From a virus: 64,000 nucleotides of DNA. The stretch covers positions 92,564 to 156,563 of IMG/VR virus record IMGVR_UViG_3300028384_000991. One strand, written 5' to 3'. The notes beneath the pieces were generated by a model that saw only the letters and a program-made list of their open reading frames with translations, was not told where the DNA came from and did no database searches. A program made the position numbers and the translations under genes. This document shows positions 25,530 through 35,824 of this stretch, one piece after another. The stretch's first letter is position 1. Every line of letters begins with the position of its first letter.

Positions 25530-26258
25530 ATGGGTGCAAAAAGAAGTGCTCGTAAGAGCAAAAACTACAATAGCAATATTGTAGAATTCAACAACTTTCT
25601 TCCTCAGAAGAAAAAAGAAGTCAAAATTATTCCACGAAACATTAATCAAGAAACTTATATGCTTCAACTGTTAGACTCAAAGAAAGACATAGTCTTTGGC
25701 ATTGGGCCGGCAGGAACAGGTAAAACTCTGTTGGCAGTACAAGTTGCGATTAAGCAGTTTAAGGAGGGAAAAGTCGACAAAATAATTGTTACAAGACCTG
25801 CTGTAAGTGCAGACGAAGATTTAGGTTTTTTACCTGGTACATTAGAACAAAAAATGGCACCATGGACGAGACCTATTTTTGATGTGCTTCAGGAGTACTT
25901 TTCAGCAAATGAAATCGAAGGCATGATTGCAGAGGGTGTAGTAGAGATTGCACCACTTGCATATATGCGTGGACGAACGTTTAAGCGTTCATATATCATT
26001 GCTGATGAAATGCAAAACGCAACTCAGAATCAAATGAAGATGTTATTAACAAGATTAGGTGAAGGATCAAAGATGGCTGTTACAGGCGATCTTGCTCAAG
26101 CGGATAGACTTAGAGATAACGGACTTATTGACTTCTGTAGACACTTAGATCAAAAAGGATCAGCAGAAAAGATTGACGTCGTTGAATTTGCAAAGGGAGA
26201 TATTGAACGACACGATGCAGTCAAAGAAGTATTAGAAATTTATGGAGATGTTGTTTAA
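25530..26258 (+). CDS. phoH: PhoH-family ATPase
   Basis: GPAGTGKT, TRPAV, LGFLPG, YMRGRT, DEMQN, TGDLAQ. Confidence 0.95.
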   Translation: MGAKRSARKSKNYNSNIVEFNNFLPQKKKEVKIIPRNINQETYMLQLLDSKKDIVFGIGPAGTGKTLLAVQVAIKQFKEGKVDKIIVTRPAVSADEDLGFLPGTLEQKMAPWTRPIFDVLQEYFSANEIEGMIAEGVVEIAPLAYMRGRTFKRSYIIADEMQNATQNQMKMLLTRLGEGSKMAVTGDLAQADRLRDNGLIDFCRHLDQKGSAEKIDVVEFAKGDIERHDAVKEVLEIYGDVV

Positions 26259-27019
26259 CCAGGTAGATCAGTATCCTGGGCATCAACTACATATAATTTT
26301 TTAGTCTTTACCCATTTAATCCAGCCTGCATAAGTCATTTTGTGTAGGCTGGATATTGCCCACTGACGTTTCATTGCAGTTTCGTTCAGTTCCATAGTTC
26401 TTGCTACCTGTTTTTCACGTTTGAAAGGAATAACTTGAACTAAAGGTTCGCCCATCTTAATTGTTGTAGGCTTAATTTCTTTTAACATAATATTGATAGG
26501 ACTTTGTGGAGCACCTAAATCGTGATCCATTACACCAGGAACTGCTTCCCAGTTCTTTCCTTCATGATAGTACATAGGTAGATACAGTGTACTCCAACCC
26601 TTTTTGTTCCATGTAAACCAAGGATTGTCTAATTTTACTGCACCACGAACACTAAACTTTTGTTCCATAAATTTGCCTAACTGTTCTTCAGGGTGGTAAG
26701 CATCATTATACATTTCGTCACTGTATCTTGTAATAATATGTTTGCCATCTGGAGTAGGTTCTATGGTAATGTCGCACCAAGCAGGAATAACATAACCCAT
26801 ACTCATATAATCTGTAATACCAGGGCAGGCTCTTACAGTTTTGTGACTGTCAATGTTATGTTGTTCTTTTTTATAGTATGGTGACATTTCTTTAAACTTA
26901 TCTGGAAAGAATTTGCCAGCAGGTTCAATCGGTGCATATTTACGTACACCCCAACTTTGACAAGCAAAGTTAATTACTGGTTCTTGTTTTTTGAATAAGT
27001 TTTTTATAAAATTAATCAT
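26255..27019 (-). CDS. Phage hypothetical protein, possible dUTPase-like fold
   Basis: CPG..DY...GY.IP.W.D, PG.MD.D, GEPLVQVIPFKR. Confidence 0.5.
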   Translation of the reverse strand: MINFIKNLFKKQEPVINFACQSWGVRKYAPIEPAGKFFPDKFKEMSPYYKKEQHNIDSHKTVRACPGITDYMSMGYVIPAWCDITIEPTPDGKHIITRYSDEMYNDAYHPEEQLGKFMEQKFSVRGAVKLDNPWFTWNKKGWSTLYLPMYYHEGKNWEAVPGVMDHDLGAPQSPINIMLKEIKPTTIKMGEPLVQVIPFKREKQVARTMELNETAMKRQWAISSLHKMTYAGWIKWVKTKKLYVVDAQDTDLPG

Positions 27020-27420
27020 ACTTTAGTTACTGTAACATTTGACTTCTTTAAAAAATCAATTCCGTCGTTGCTACGATAGTTATCTTTGTAATACACTGTG
27101 CTAATGCCACTTTGATATATTAGTTTCGCACAATCAATACAAGGACTGTGTGTGCAAAATAGTGTAGCATTATCTCCGCTTTCGTTTGATTTGGCTAATT
27201 TTGCAATAGCATTTGATTCAGCGTGTAGTACTTCTGGCTTTGATTTATTATTTTCATCTTCACAGTCATTATCCCAACCCGAAGGCATACCATTATAGCC
27301 AATAGAGATAATGCGATCATCCTTTACAACAATCGCACCTACGTTCAAACGTTTTGCATAACTTAACTGTGCAAAACGTTCTGCAACATCCATATATGCA
27401 TTAATGAACTTAGACTTCAC
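27016..27420 (-). CDS. dCMP deaminase
   Basis: GYNG, HAESNA, PCIDC. Confidence 0.93.
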   Translation of the reverse strand: MKSKFINAYMDVAERFAQLSYAKRLNVGAIVVKDDRIISIGYNGMPSGWDNDCEDENNKSKPEVLHAESNAIAKLAKSNESGDNATLFCTHSPCIDCAKLIYQSGISTVYYKDNYRSNDGIDFLKKSNVTVTKV

Positions 27421-28075
27421 TAACCAGTTCCTCTGCTAACGGAAAGATTTCTGCGATTACTTTCGCACAGGCGTGAGCAATTTCCATATGCTCTTTTTGT
27501 GTACCATTAGCACCACGAAGTTCAATATAGTGTACCCAACTACGTAGTGTACCGTTCATGTACAATCGTGTTTTAGTAAGTCCTTCTGGCAATACCTTAC
27601 GTGCTTGTTCTTTAGCAATGCCTTTATCTAACGCCCACTTGTACACTTCTTCAGCCATCCATAAAACTCTACGTTGATGTCTGTCCCACTCGCGTGTTAA
27701 TTCTATATCATCTGTTTCGATTGAATTTTGTCTGTTTTTTGTATCTTGTAATCGTGCTTCACTTAGTTCAAACATATCACCCATTTCTTCTGGGTTAGCA
27801 TAACGCTGACTAAACTCTTGAAAACTAAAACTACGGTGGCGCACAATTTGATGTGCAATATCACGTGTAGTATTAATTTCTAAACAAGCACTAACCATTT
27901 CAAGTGGAGACCAATGAGCGTGTTTGATCAAATACTTGATTAGTTTTTCACTTGTTTCTGAATTCATTTGATTACTTGGATTACTAACTCTTGCACAATA
28001 GGCAATAAGTTCTTGACAGTTTTCAAGGTCTGTGCCCTCTGGTGCTGTTGAATATGAAATTAATTTAACGCTCAT
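27410..28075 (-). CDS. thyX: Flavin-dependent thymidylate synthase
   Basis: HWSPLE, RHRSFSFQEFSQRY. Confidence 0.96.
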   Translation of the reverse strand: MSVKLISYSTAPEGTDLENCQELIAYCARVSNPSNQMNSETSEKLIKYLIKHAHWSPLEMVSACLEINTTRDIAHQIVRHRSFSFQEFSQRYANPEEMGDMFELSEARLQDTKNRQNSIETDDIELTREWDRHQRRVLWMAEEVYKWALDKGIAKEQARKVLPEGLTKTRLYMNGTLRSWVHYIELRGANGTQKEHMEIAHACAKVIAEIFPLAEELVSEV

Positions 28076-28641
28076 TCTGTTTCTCCTGGTTTTCTAACTG
28101 TAACACTGATGTTACCTGATATTGCAACTCTGTCGTGATTGCAATTTTGTATTCCTACTTTATGACTTACATTTCCTGGAAAGATAACCATCAATCCACT
28201 AAAAGGTTTTACACTATAATCTGCTGAAGGAAATTCTAATGGTGCACAATCTTCGCAGGCATTTACATAATATACAAAACTAAATGTAGCGGGCCAATGT
28301 GCGTGTTCAATAGTATGATGTCCTTCGTTGTTTTTATAAACCATTCCCCAACAATCAACTATATTAAAACGCATCATTTGTGCACCTCGTTGACTTAATC
28401 CTTCTACACTGCTTATACATTGCATAATAGCAAAATCGCAAATACGTTTAAAGTCGTTGTCTTGGTACATTGTAAAGTCGGTCATGTCTGCTTTGACATT
28501 ACTCATGTGTTTAATTACATCACCGTAACTTCTAATCTTTTTTTCAAGAATAGGATTAAGCGTTTCACTGTTTGTATATTTCACCATAGTAATATCGCAA
28601 GGTTCTTTAGATGTTGCTTGATGTACCTTAAAATAATCCAT
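28072..28641 (-). CDS. Putative 2OG-Fe(II) oxygenase
   Basis: HAH, SFVYYV, FPGNVSHKV, RVAISGN. Confidence 0.8.
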   Translation of the reverse strand: MDYFKVHQATSKEPCDITMVKYTNSETLNPILEKKIRSYGDVIKHMSNVKADMTDFTMYQDNDFKRICDFAIMQCISSVEGLSQRGAQMMRFNIVDCWGMVYKNNEGHHTIEHAHWPATFSFVYYVNACEDCAPLEFPSADYSVKPFSGLMVIFPGNVSHKVGIQNCNHDRVAISGNISVTVRKPGETE

Positions 28642-28976
28642 TACCCTGTCCTTAGTAAAACGTGATATCCGTATTCTGTTTTAATTGGAAATGTTAACAT
28701 TTCATCTTTGTTTATTTGACTTATAGGCTTCGCAATCTCATATTCCATATCGCCTGGATAATCAAACCATCCTAAGTCCCCGCCGTTCTTTGCACTTATT
28801 CTACAAGCACTGTGTTCTTTTGCGGCCTGTTCAAATGTAAGTAGTCCTTCTATAATATCTTGAATAATAAATCCTGCTTCTTGTTCTGCCGCAGGTTCTG
28901 GACGATTACTTGTTTGTGCTGTTGCGCCTTGATGGCTAATTAAAATATGACTTGCTCTAAGTCTTTGAGGTTTCAT
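28641..28976 (-). CDS. Parvulin-type peptidyl-prolyl isomerase
   Basis: [32 protein letters not shown]. Confidence 0.9.
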   Translation of the reverse strand: MKPQRLRASHILISHQGATAQTSNRPEPAAEQEAGFIIQDIIEGLLTFEQAAKEHSACRISAKNGGDLGWFDYPGDMEYEIAKPISQINKDEMLTFPIKTEYGYHVLLRTG

Positions 28977-29319
28977 TTTTGCTCCCACCTGGTTTTTCAG
29001 AAAAGAATCTTTCAAACTTGTTAGGTTCAAGTGCGTATTCTTCTGCATCGGAAGGAACATCTTCTGGACGTTTCTCAGTAATGTTTGGCCACTTCGCTGA
29101 GTATTCTTCGTTGATATACAACCATTTATCTGCACCTTCTACATTGTCTGGAATAATAGCATCTACAGGACATTCAGGTTCACAAACACCGCAGTCAATA
29201 CATTCATTAGGATTGATTACAAGCATATTTTCACCTTCGTAGAAACAGTCTACTGGGCATACATCTACACAATCCATGTGCTTACATTTAATACAGTTGT
29301 CGTTTACAAGATATGTCAT
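28957..29319 (-). CDS. fdxA: 7Fe/8Fe ferredoxin (FdxA type)
   Basis: [30 protein letters not shown]. Confidence 0.95.
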   Translation of the reverse strand: MTYLVNDNCIKCKHMDCVDVCPVDCFYEGENMLVINPNECIDCGVCEPECPVDAIIPDNVEGADKWLYINEEYSAKWPNITEKRPEDVPSDAEEYALEPNKFERFFSEKPGGSKNETSKT

Positions 29320-29327
29320 ACAAATAA

Positions 29328-30245
29328 TTATCCGTCTGTTAGACGTGCTAAACGAATCATGGTTGCGGCTAAATTAATCTCTGGATCTGCAACAAGTGTG
29401 TGATCTACAAGACCTTGTTTAATAATAAGAATAGCATCATCTTCTTTGTCACCAAACAATGTAATATTGTCATACAACCATTTGAAAATATCTTCTACTT
29501 CATCTGGACGTACTTGACTACATACAAGTTTTCTTGCTTGATTAATTTTGCCTGCTTTGAATAGTTCGACCATTTCAAGTTTGTAGTCTGCTTCGCCTGT
29601 GTCACCTTCTTGTGGCTTTTGCAGTGTGCCATCTACACTATTCATTTGTACCATATTGATACACTTACGCAAGTCTGGATATGTTGCTTTTACATAAGTG
29701 TCAAGTGTATCTAAGTCAGGTTGTACACCTTCTGTAATAAGGATCTCTGCAACACGGGCAGTAAACTCTGTTTGATCAATACGTTCAATATGAAACCCTT
29801 GACAACGTGAATGTAGTGCAGGAATAATTCTGTTTGGATAGTTACAGGTTAAAATAAATCTACTTGTAGTATGATATTCTTCCATTACACCACGCAGTGC
29901 CGCCTGTGCGTTCGGCGATAGATAATCTGCCTCATCAAGCAATACAACTTTAAACTCTCCAAATGGAATCATTTGTACAAAGTTAATAATTTTATCTCTA
30001 ACATCATCAACTGAGTTTGTACGACTTGCGTTAATTTCTAAAATATCTAAATCATTAATTTCAAGTTCATTAAATAAAATTTTAGCAAGTGTTGTTTTAC
30101 CAATACCTGCGTTACCTGAAAATAACAAATGTGGAATAGTGCCTTCTTTGATCCATTGTTGCACTTGTTTTCTTTGATGTTCATCTCTGAACACATAACC
30201 GTCTACTGTTTTAGGACGATACTTTTCTACCCATAGTTCCTTCAT
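29328..30245 (-). CDS. Clamp loader ATPase (gp44/RFC small subunit-like)
   Basis: [25 protein letters not shown]. Confidence 0.93.
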   Translation of the reverse strand: MKELWVEKYRPKTVDGYVFRDEHQRKQVQQWIKEGTIPHLLFSGNAGIGKTTLAKILFNELEINDLDILEINASRTNSVDDVRDKIINFVQMIPFGEFKVVLLDEADYLSPNAQAALRGVMEEYHTTSRFILTCNYPNRIIPALHSRCQGFHIERIDQTEFTARVAEILITEGVQPDLDTLDTYVKATYPDLRKCINMVQMNSVDGTLQKPQEGDTGEADYKLEMVELFKAGKINQARKLVCSQVRPDEVEDIFKWLYDNITLFGDKEDDAILIIKQGLVDHTLVADPEINLAATMIRLARLTDG

Positions 30246-30655
30246 TTACCTGCCTCTACTATTCGTTGTCTCAAATTAGTACTACTAAATGAGTGTTGCC
30301 TTTTATTATAATATATTTCTATGCCTTTGTCAACACAAATCTGCTTACCTGTAAAGTCTTTTGATTTGTATTCTTCGCCAATAAAGCGTTTGTGGATAGT
30401 ATATGTTAGTAATATATCTTCCAAATCTTTTTCAGTTGAATATGGAATGATTTCGTCAATATACTTACAACCTGCTAATTGAACATAACGTTCAAATACA
30501 CTTTGTATAGGTTTGTTCTTATCTGGTCTATCTATCGTAGGATCAGTTTGTAGTCCTACAATTAAATGGTTGCACTGATCAGATGCTTCTTTGAGCATCG
30601 CAACGTGACCTGTATGAAATAGATCAAATGTACTGAATGTAATACCGACTGTCAT
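30242..30655 (-). CDS. tagD: Glycerol-3-phosphate cytidylyltransferase-like
   Basis: STFDLFHTGH, GLQTDP, R.HSFSST. Confidence 0.85.
   Translation of the reverse strand: MTVGITFSTFDLFHTGHVAMLKEASDQCNHLIVGLQTDPTIDRPDKNKPIQSVFERYVQLAGCKYIDEIIPYSTEKDLEDILLTYTIHKRFIGEEYKSKDFTGKQICVDKGIEIYYNKRQHSFSSTNLRQRIVEAGK
30305..30333 (-). promoter_or_regulatory. Consensus sigma70 promoter for clamp loader, embedded in upstream CDS
   Basis: tgtcaa at 30328-30333, attata at 30305-30310, 17-nt spacer. Confidence 0.75.
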
Positions 30656-30661
30656 AGTGTT

Positions 30662-30689
30662 ATTATACACTAAATTGTAATAAAGTCAA
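30662..30689 (-). promoter_or_regulatory. Sigma70-type promoter TTGACT-16-TATAAT, leaderless geometry
   Basis: agtcaa at 30684-30689, attata at 30662-30667, ATG 6 nt downstream. Confidence 0.6.
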
Positions 30690-30694
30690 GTATT

Positions 30695-31015
30695 TTATAG
30701 GTCGCCTTCTTTTCTATTTTCCGAAAAGTGTACGTCAAATTCGCCACCTGGATATCTTGCTTTAAGTTTATTAACGTTTTCTTCTACGACTTCATTAGGG
30801 TCAATGCCCAATGCTCGGCAACTATTAATCCAATACCACATAATATCGCCAAGTTCTCGTTTAGCATGAAACTTAGTTAGTAGTAGTGCAATGTTAACAC
30901 CACTTTCTTTTTCTAATTCAATCATAGTGTTGTTTAACACCATAGTTGAGTTTGATTCTAAACTTGTTACTTCTTGTACAAAATCTTTGTACTTATTAAG
31001 ATCTACGTTTGACAA
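30695..31015 (-). pseudogene. mazG: MazG-like NTP pyrophosphohydrolase with apparent in-frame internal deletion
   Basis: ELGDIMWY and NVNKLKARYPGGEFDV are phage MazG hallmarks, but LLLT joins directly to KFHAKRELGD and the ExxE helix is missing. Confidence 0.65.
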
Positions 31016-31027
31016 TTTTACCTCTTC

Positions 31028-31432
31028 TTAGTTTACAAAATCTTCTGGACGATGGCTTTCACCGCTTAGGTCAATAGCATCACCATAGTATGCAAGATCG
31101 CTTGGTGGTTCGTCTGCTACGCCTATTACACCTGAAGCGTCTACTGTTCGAAGAACCTTTTGCTCTCCATTTTCATCTTCAACTGTAAATCCTCTTGACC
31201 AACGACCGTGTTCAATTAGAATCCAATCTCCGACTTCATAATCATCTGTGTTCTCATGTCCAATGGACACAATCTTTGCCCAACGAGGCTTAATGCCGTG
31301 CTGTTGTCCGTCATCACTTGGAAGAATAATTCCTCCCTTTGACATAACTTCACCGAACTCCATGTCCGACACCATTAATCTATCGTGTAAAGGTTTTACT
31401 GTACCTTTAATAGCATTTAGATTGATTGCCAT
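31028..31432 (-). CDS. groES: GroES-like co-chaperonin
   Basis: VKPLHDRLMV, SKGGIILP, VGDWIL. Confidence 0.85.
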   Translation of the reverse strand: MAINLNAIKGTVKPLHDRLMVSDMEFGEVMSKGGIILPSDDGQQHGIKPRWAKIVSIGHENTDDYEVGDWILIEHGRWSRGFTVEDENGEQKVLRTVDASGVIGVADEPPSDLAYYGDAIDLSGESHRPEDFVN

Positions 31433-31819
31433 TTACTCACCTTTTTGTACAAAATTGCCGTCTTCGTCTTCAACCCAATCGTCTTCCGATACTTCTTTGA
31501 TTTCTGCTTCTTGAACTTTTTGTTTTGCAGTTTTCTTCGGAGCCGGAGTTTCTTCAACTACTGCTGTTTCTGGTGCAGATTTTTTTGATGTAGGAAGTTC
31601 ATCTTCAACTCTTTCAGGATTATCCCTGTAATAGTCTGCAAGAACATCTTCACGTTTACGAATAATTTTACCACCTGGGCCTAATTCATCGCCACGTGCA
31701 TTTACACGAGCATTTCCAACCGCAGGAGTAAGTTCGTTCTTTTGGCGTAAAAGATCCATATCAACTGCTTTACCTTGCATTGTTTTATAAACTTTACGAC
31801 CTGTTTGTTTTACTGCCAT
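31433..31819 (-). CDS. Hypothetical protein
   Basis: Start MAVKQTG behind AGGAG; VGNARVNARGDELGPGG. Confidence 0.7.
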   Translation of the reverse strand: MAVKQTGRKVYKTMQGKAVDMDLLRQKNELTPAVGNARVNARGDELGPGGKIIRKREDVLADYYRDNPERVEDELPTSKKSAPETAVVEETPAPKKTAKQKVQEAEIKEVSEDDWVEDEDGNFVQKGE

Positions 31820-31844
31820 AGTTATTCTCCTATTATGTGAGTAT

Positions 31845-32366
31845 TTATCTAAGGAACTCACGCCAATCCAGGTCAAACTGAATTGGATTAATTCTGTGTA
31901 CCCCAATCAAAAATAATACAAAACTTGATACACTTGATCCTCTACCTACTCCCCAAAGTATGTTATTTTCACGCATATAGTCAACCAAGTAAACCATATA
32001 GCGTAACAAGTTCAACATATCTCTTTTTTCAAATTCAATGTATTCTTCGTCTAATCTTTTTACTTGTTCTTCGTTAGTACATTTTGATTCTAAAAAACTA
32101 TACACATCTAAGTTTTTATATGCTTCTGGCATAAACCATTCGCTTTGACAAACATTATCAAATTGTGTTTTATCAACATCAATGGGGATATATTGTTTTA
32201 ATGCTTGTGTACCAAATTCTTCTGCGTGTTTGTTGAACTGTTTAATTTCATCATTCGGATCGCACAGAACTACATGACACTTATCAATATGTCCTGTATA
32301 GATCATATCAATCAGGTTCTTATTAGAAAAGATGGGTATACCGTTAGAATCTGTTTTTAAAAGCAT
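31845..32366 (-). CDS. Stand-alone fragment homologous to DNA polymerase III alpha (DnaE) palm entry region
   Basis: RLDEE...GVGRGSSVSSFVLFLIGVHRINPIQFDL..REFL; ends before the PDxDxD catalytic motif. Confidence 0.75.
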   Translation of the reverse strand: MLLKTDSNGIPIFSNKNLIDMIYTGHIDKCHVVLCDPNDEIKQFNKHAEEFGTQALKQYIPIDVDKTQFDNVCQSEWFMPEAYKNLDVYSFLESKCTNEEQVKRLDEEYIEFEKRDMLNLLRYMVYLVDYMRENNILWGVGRGSSVSSFVLFLIGVHRINPIQFDLDWREFLR

Positions 32367-32372
32367 AAGTGT

Positions 32373-32401
32373 ATTTTAACTTACGTTAATTAAATTGTCA
32401 A
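32373..32401 (-). promoter_or_regulatory. Sigma70-type promoter TTGACA-17-TAAAAT, leaderless geometry
   Basis: tgtcaa at 32396-32401, atttta at 32373-32378, ATG 6 nt downstream. Confidence 0.65.
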
Positions 32402-32600
32402 GATCTTTATCTTGATTCTTTGCCATTTCTTTGGCATATCGGCTACGAAGTTCCAATCTGTACATTTCGATTAGTGTAGCCATTTGATGTTTGACTTCTG
32501 GATTGCGAGTCATATAAAACTTTTTGGAAAGATCGTTTAACTTCTCTTCAATCTGTGGTGTTGTATATTGTTCTAAATTATCTTCAAGTGGATGTAACAT
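32376..32600 (-). CDS. Small helical hypothetical protein
   Basis: 74 aa, coupled to upstream stop. Confidence 0.65.
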   Translation of the reverse strand: MLHPLEDNLEQYTTPQIEEKLNDLSKKFYMTRNPEVKHQMATLIEMYRLELRSRYAKEMAKNQDKDLDNLINVS

Positions 32601-33202
32601 TAGTAAAACTTGCCAATATAATCTACAAAGATGGACGAACCCTGATTGTAGGTCATAAAGTCAATAACTACTGGATTTGAATCACTGTCAATTGTTACGT
32701 TGTTTGTGAACACATAAGGATCACCTTCTGTACCTGCGCCAGTTTTGTTTGGCCAACGTGCATTGAACTTTAATGAACTACCTGCTTCTGTTCCGATAGT
32801 TAAAATTCTATCTTCACCATCGTTGATTAGAATTAATCTAACTTTACCAACCTTACCTGATTCTGGCCAATCTGTAGTAGTTAGAGTAATATCACCTCCT
32901 ACTGTGAATGTTTGTACAGGGCCAAGTGTAAAGTTAACGTCTTGAGAAGAACTTAAAGTACCACCAGCATTTAATTCTTCAGAAACATTTACAATATTTG
33001 CATTTGTAATATTGTTTCCTAAGAAGTTATTTGCTTCATTTTTCTTAGCAGTATTATCCTGTAAATCCTCAATTTCGCTCTTTGTTGCTACAAAGTTGTT
33101 TTTAATAATACCAAAATTATCTCTAAATCCTTGAGAATCGTTATCCTGTCCTGCGATAGGATATTCCGAATTAATACTTACGTCATCAATGTTACTTGCC
33201 AT
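32600..33202 (-). CDS. Virion protein (baseplate/fibre-associated)
   Basis: N-terminal PIAGQDNDSQGFRDNF..IKNNF plus coiled coil; structural module context. Confidence 0.55.
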   Translation of the reverse strand: MASNIDDVSINSEYPIAGQDNDSQGFRDNFGIIKNNFVATKSEIEDLQDNTAKKNEANNFLGNNITNANIVNVSEELNAGGTLSSSQDVNFTLGPVQTFTVGGDITLTTTDWPESGKVGKVRLILINDGEDRILTIGTEAGSSLKFNARWPNKTGAGTEGDPYVFTNNVTIDSDSNPVVIDFMTYNQGSSIFVDYIGKFY

Positions 33203-33232
33203 TTTATGTCCTCTCTACTTTATTTATCTGCT

Positions 33233-35779
33233 TTATATGTTGTACTCATAGTTTCCGAATAGAATATACTGTTCTTCACTTTTTCCGGTTGTACTATCAA
33301 TTATGTATCTATCAATGTCAAAATCAATGGTGTTAAAATCAAAATCTTGATTTTTAATGTTCAACAATATTTGATCAGCATTTCCTTCTTTGCAATACGC
33401 AATAGGTATTGCAGTAATATAGCCTAATTCTTGTATGCTATTTTCCTGTGCAGTACGCATCCAGAGAGGTAAAAAGTCTCTTTCTGTAACGCCTGTTTCA
33501 CTTATGCGATCACGCATATTTTTAATATTAGAAATGTATTTCTTGTTATGTGTATTTTGGCTAATCTGTACAGCATCGCTGTCTACTTTTAGTGTATTAC
33601 TAATAGGTCTAAATCTAAAAGGTTCTGCTTTGCTGATTTCAAAGTTTTGTACAGATACTACATTCTGTCCATTTCTAAGAATAATCCTAATATTTCCTAC
33701 TGTAGGAAATACAACTCGACCACCTCTGGTTATAATTTCTAAATCGTTACCAATACTTGTAACATCAACTGTTGGTGTTCCTACACCTCTAACACCTAAT
33801 TCAAAAGTACTTTGACCACTTCCTAATGCTGTGTTATCATCTAATGATTCAAATTGTATACTGTCAACTGTTATCTTTTTACCTTTTGTAGAAGTGTTTA
33901 CTGTTTTAGCAACTTTACCATTTGTCGGCATATAAGGATCGATAACTTCTACATAAATTACTTCATATACTACATCTTTAGATCCAGGATTTTTCGCAAC
34001 TGCTTTTTTAATTTCGCCAATTCTATATTTTCTTCTTTTATGATTCTTAGCCGCGGCCGCTACATAGTTTCTAATATTTTGTGTAAGTATACCTGCATAT
34101 GCTAACATCTTAATATCTTTTTGTACACCAAACTCTGGATCACCACTTCTATAAATTAGATCAGGTGGAAAAATATTAGGGTCTGAAATAAATGCTGTAT
34201 ATTCATTTCGTTTTGTTTGGTTCATAAAAGGTTTCATAAACAAGTTACTATACAAGTTATCATCTGGATCTAAAACATCAATAGTAAATTCTTGTTCAAC
34301 AGCACTAAATCCAAAGCGGTCTTCTGCTTTAACTGTAAATTTAAACTCTCTGTCAATAATAGTTTTAGCACCATCAAAAGTCATTGCACCGTTATCAAAC
34401 ACTGTTAAGCCTTTGGCATTTGCTGTACCAAACTGATTAACCTTGCCTATAATTTCACCACTGATATCTAATTGTAACCCTGGTGGCAGTGTTCCACTTA
34501 CTACACTATAAATTAATCTTGAATCAGGTACACTTGTTTCTGCTTTAACAGCAAGTGTTGAAATAAAGTTTGCACTGATATTACCTAAATTACTTGGTGT
34601 TAAGAATTTAATAGTTGAATCTACTTCACCAAGAATCTTAACTCTAAATGTCTTAGTTTTACTTGCTAATATTGTTTCTGGTACACCGCCAAATCTTGTT
34701 GCTTTTACTGTGAACTTATATTCTTTTGTAACAGCAGGCTGGTAAGGAACACGACCTGCTATTTCTCCTGTTGTGCTGTCAAGCACCATACCAGGTGGTA
34801 ATTCACTTGGAGTGTTGTCGTCATTGTTTTGTTCTAATGTGTATACAAGTCTACCTGCAATAGTTTCTGTATCTAATACATCAAGGAAAAATGTTAGATA
34901 ATTGTTGGCTCTTCTAAAACCAAGATTTTCTGGTGTTAGCCATAATGGTGTTCTTAGATATGTATTATCAGCAGTAAACAATCCATTTGCAATTTGCATT
35001 TTTGTATTGTCTGCTCTTAAGAAATCATCACCTACAAGATAAATTTGAAATTTACGTTTTGCAATAGTATCACCGTCTGTAACACTTACAATAAATTCAT
35101 AGTAACGATTTAGTTTACGTGGTTGCTTTGTAGGAATTCTGTCGTCATATATTCTTGTATCGTAAAAGAAACTATCAAAGCCGTTTGCACTTCTTTCTCC
35201 AAAGTCAAAAGGAAATGTGCCATATATGTTTGCATCGTATGCACCACTGCCTGCTCTTGTATCTAAAGCAAGTACAGGTTCAACAACACCTACTATTCTA
35301 CCATCTGTTGTTAAGCGTGTTCCTGGCGGAAGTTCTCCGTCATCGTCTGCAATGAAATACTCTAATGCATCACCAGCAGGTAGGTCAGGATCAATTGCTT
35401 GTAGTTGAAAATCTAATAGTGTATTATCAAGTACAAAGAATTTACTGTTTGGGTCAACTTTTAACAAGCCTTCTTTTGTTGTCCAAACAGGCTCATCTGC
35501 TCCGTCAATTAAAATAGATAAAGTTCTATCTTCAATAGCACCAGTGCTGTCAGTTGCTCTTAGAACAAATTTAGATTCAGTTGGACGCTGTACTTCGAAA
35601 GGCGTACCTACAATATATAATCCATCTAAACGTAAACCACCTGGTAAACTACCTGTGATTATTTTAACATCAGTAATAGTATTACTTGTAGTATTTAGAG
35701 GTAACGCAAATCTCACTGTAGCATTTTCTGCAAATACACCGAGATTTTTTCCTGTTTTTACTGTCCAGATTTGAGCCAT
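33233..35779 (-). CDS. Baseplate/virion protein with Ig-like (cadherin/He_PIG-type) repeats
   Basis: Repeated G.LP.G..L...G.I.G...F.V.A.D units. Confidence 0.65.
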   Translation of the reverse strand: MAQIWTVKTGKNLGVFAENATVRFALPLNTTSNTITDVKIITGSLPGGLRLDGLYIVGTPFEVQRPTESKFVLRATDSTGAIEDRTLSILIDGADEPVWTTKEGLLKVDPNSKFFVLDNTLLDFQLQAIDPDLPAGDALEYFIADDDGELPPGTRLTTDGRIVGVVEPVLALDTRAGSGAYDANIYGTFPFDFGERSANGFDSFFYDTRIYDDRIPTKQPRKLNRYYEFIVSVTDGDTIAKRKFQIYLVGDDFLRADNTKMQIANGLFTADNTYLRTPLWLTPENLGFRRANNYLTFFLDVLDTETIAGRLVYTLEQNNDDNTPSELPPGMVLDSTTGEIAGRVPYQPAVTKEYKFTVKATRFGGVPETILASKTKTFRVKILGEVDSTIKFLTPSNLGNISANFISTLAVKAETSVPDSRLIYSVVSGTLPPGLQLDISGEIIGKVNQFGTANAKGLTVFDNGAMTFDGAKTIIDREFKFTVKAEDRFGFSAVEQEFTIDVLDPDDNLYSNLFMKPFMNQTKRNEYTAFISDPNIFPPDLIYRSGDPEFGVQKDIKMLAYAGILTQNIRNYVAAAAKNHKRRKYRIGEIKKAVAKNPGSKDVVYEVIYVEVIDPYMPTNGKVAKTVNTSTKGKKITVDSIQFESLDDNTALGSGQSTFELGVRGVGTPTVDVTSIGNDLEIITRGGRVVFPTVGNIRIILRNGQNVVSVQNFEISKAEPFRFRPISNTLKVDSDAVQISQNTHNKKYISNIKNMRDRISETGVTERDFLPLWMRTAQENSIQELGYITAIPIAYCKEGNADQILLNIKNQDFDFNTIDFDIDRYIIDSTTGKSEEQYILFGNYEYNI

Positions 35780-35824
35780 TTTAATTCCTTATTCAGTAGT
35801 ATTTATCGGAATATGTGACTATGC

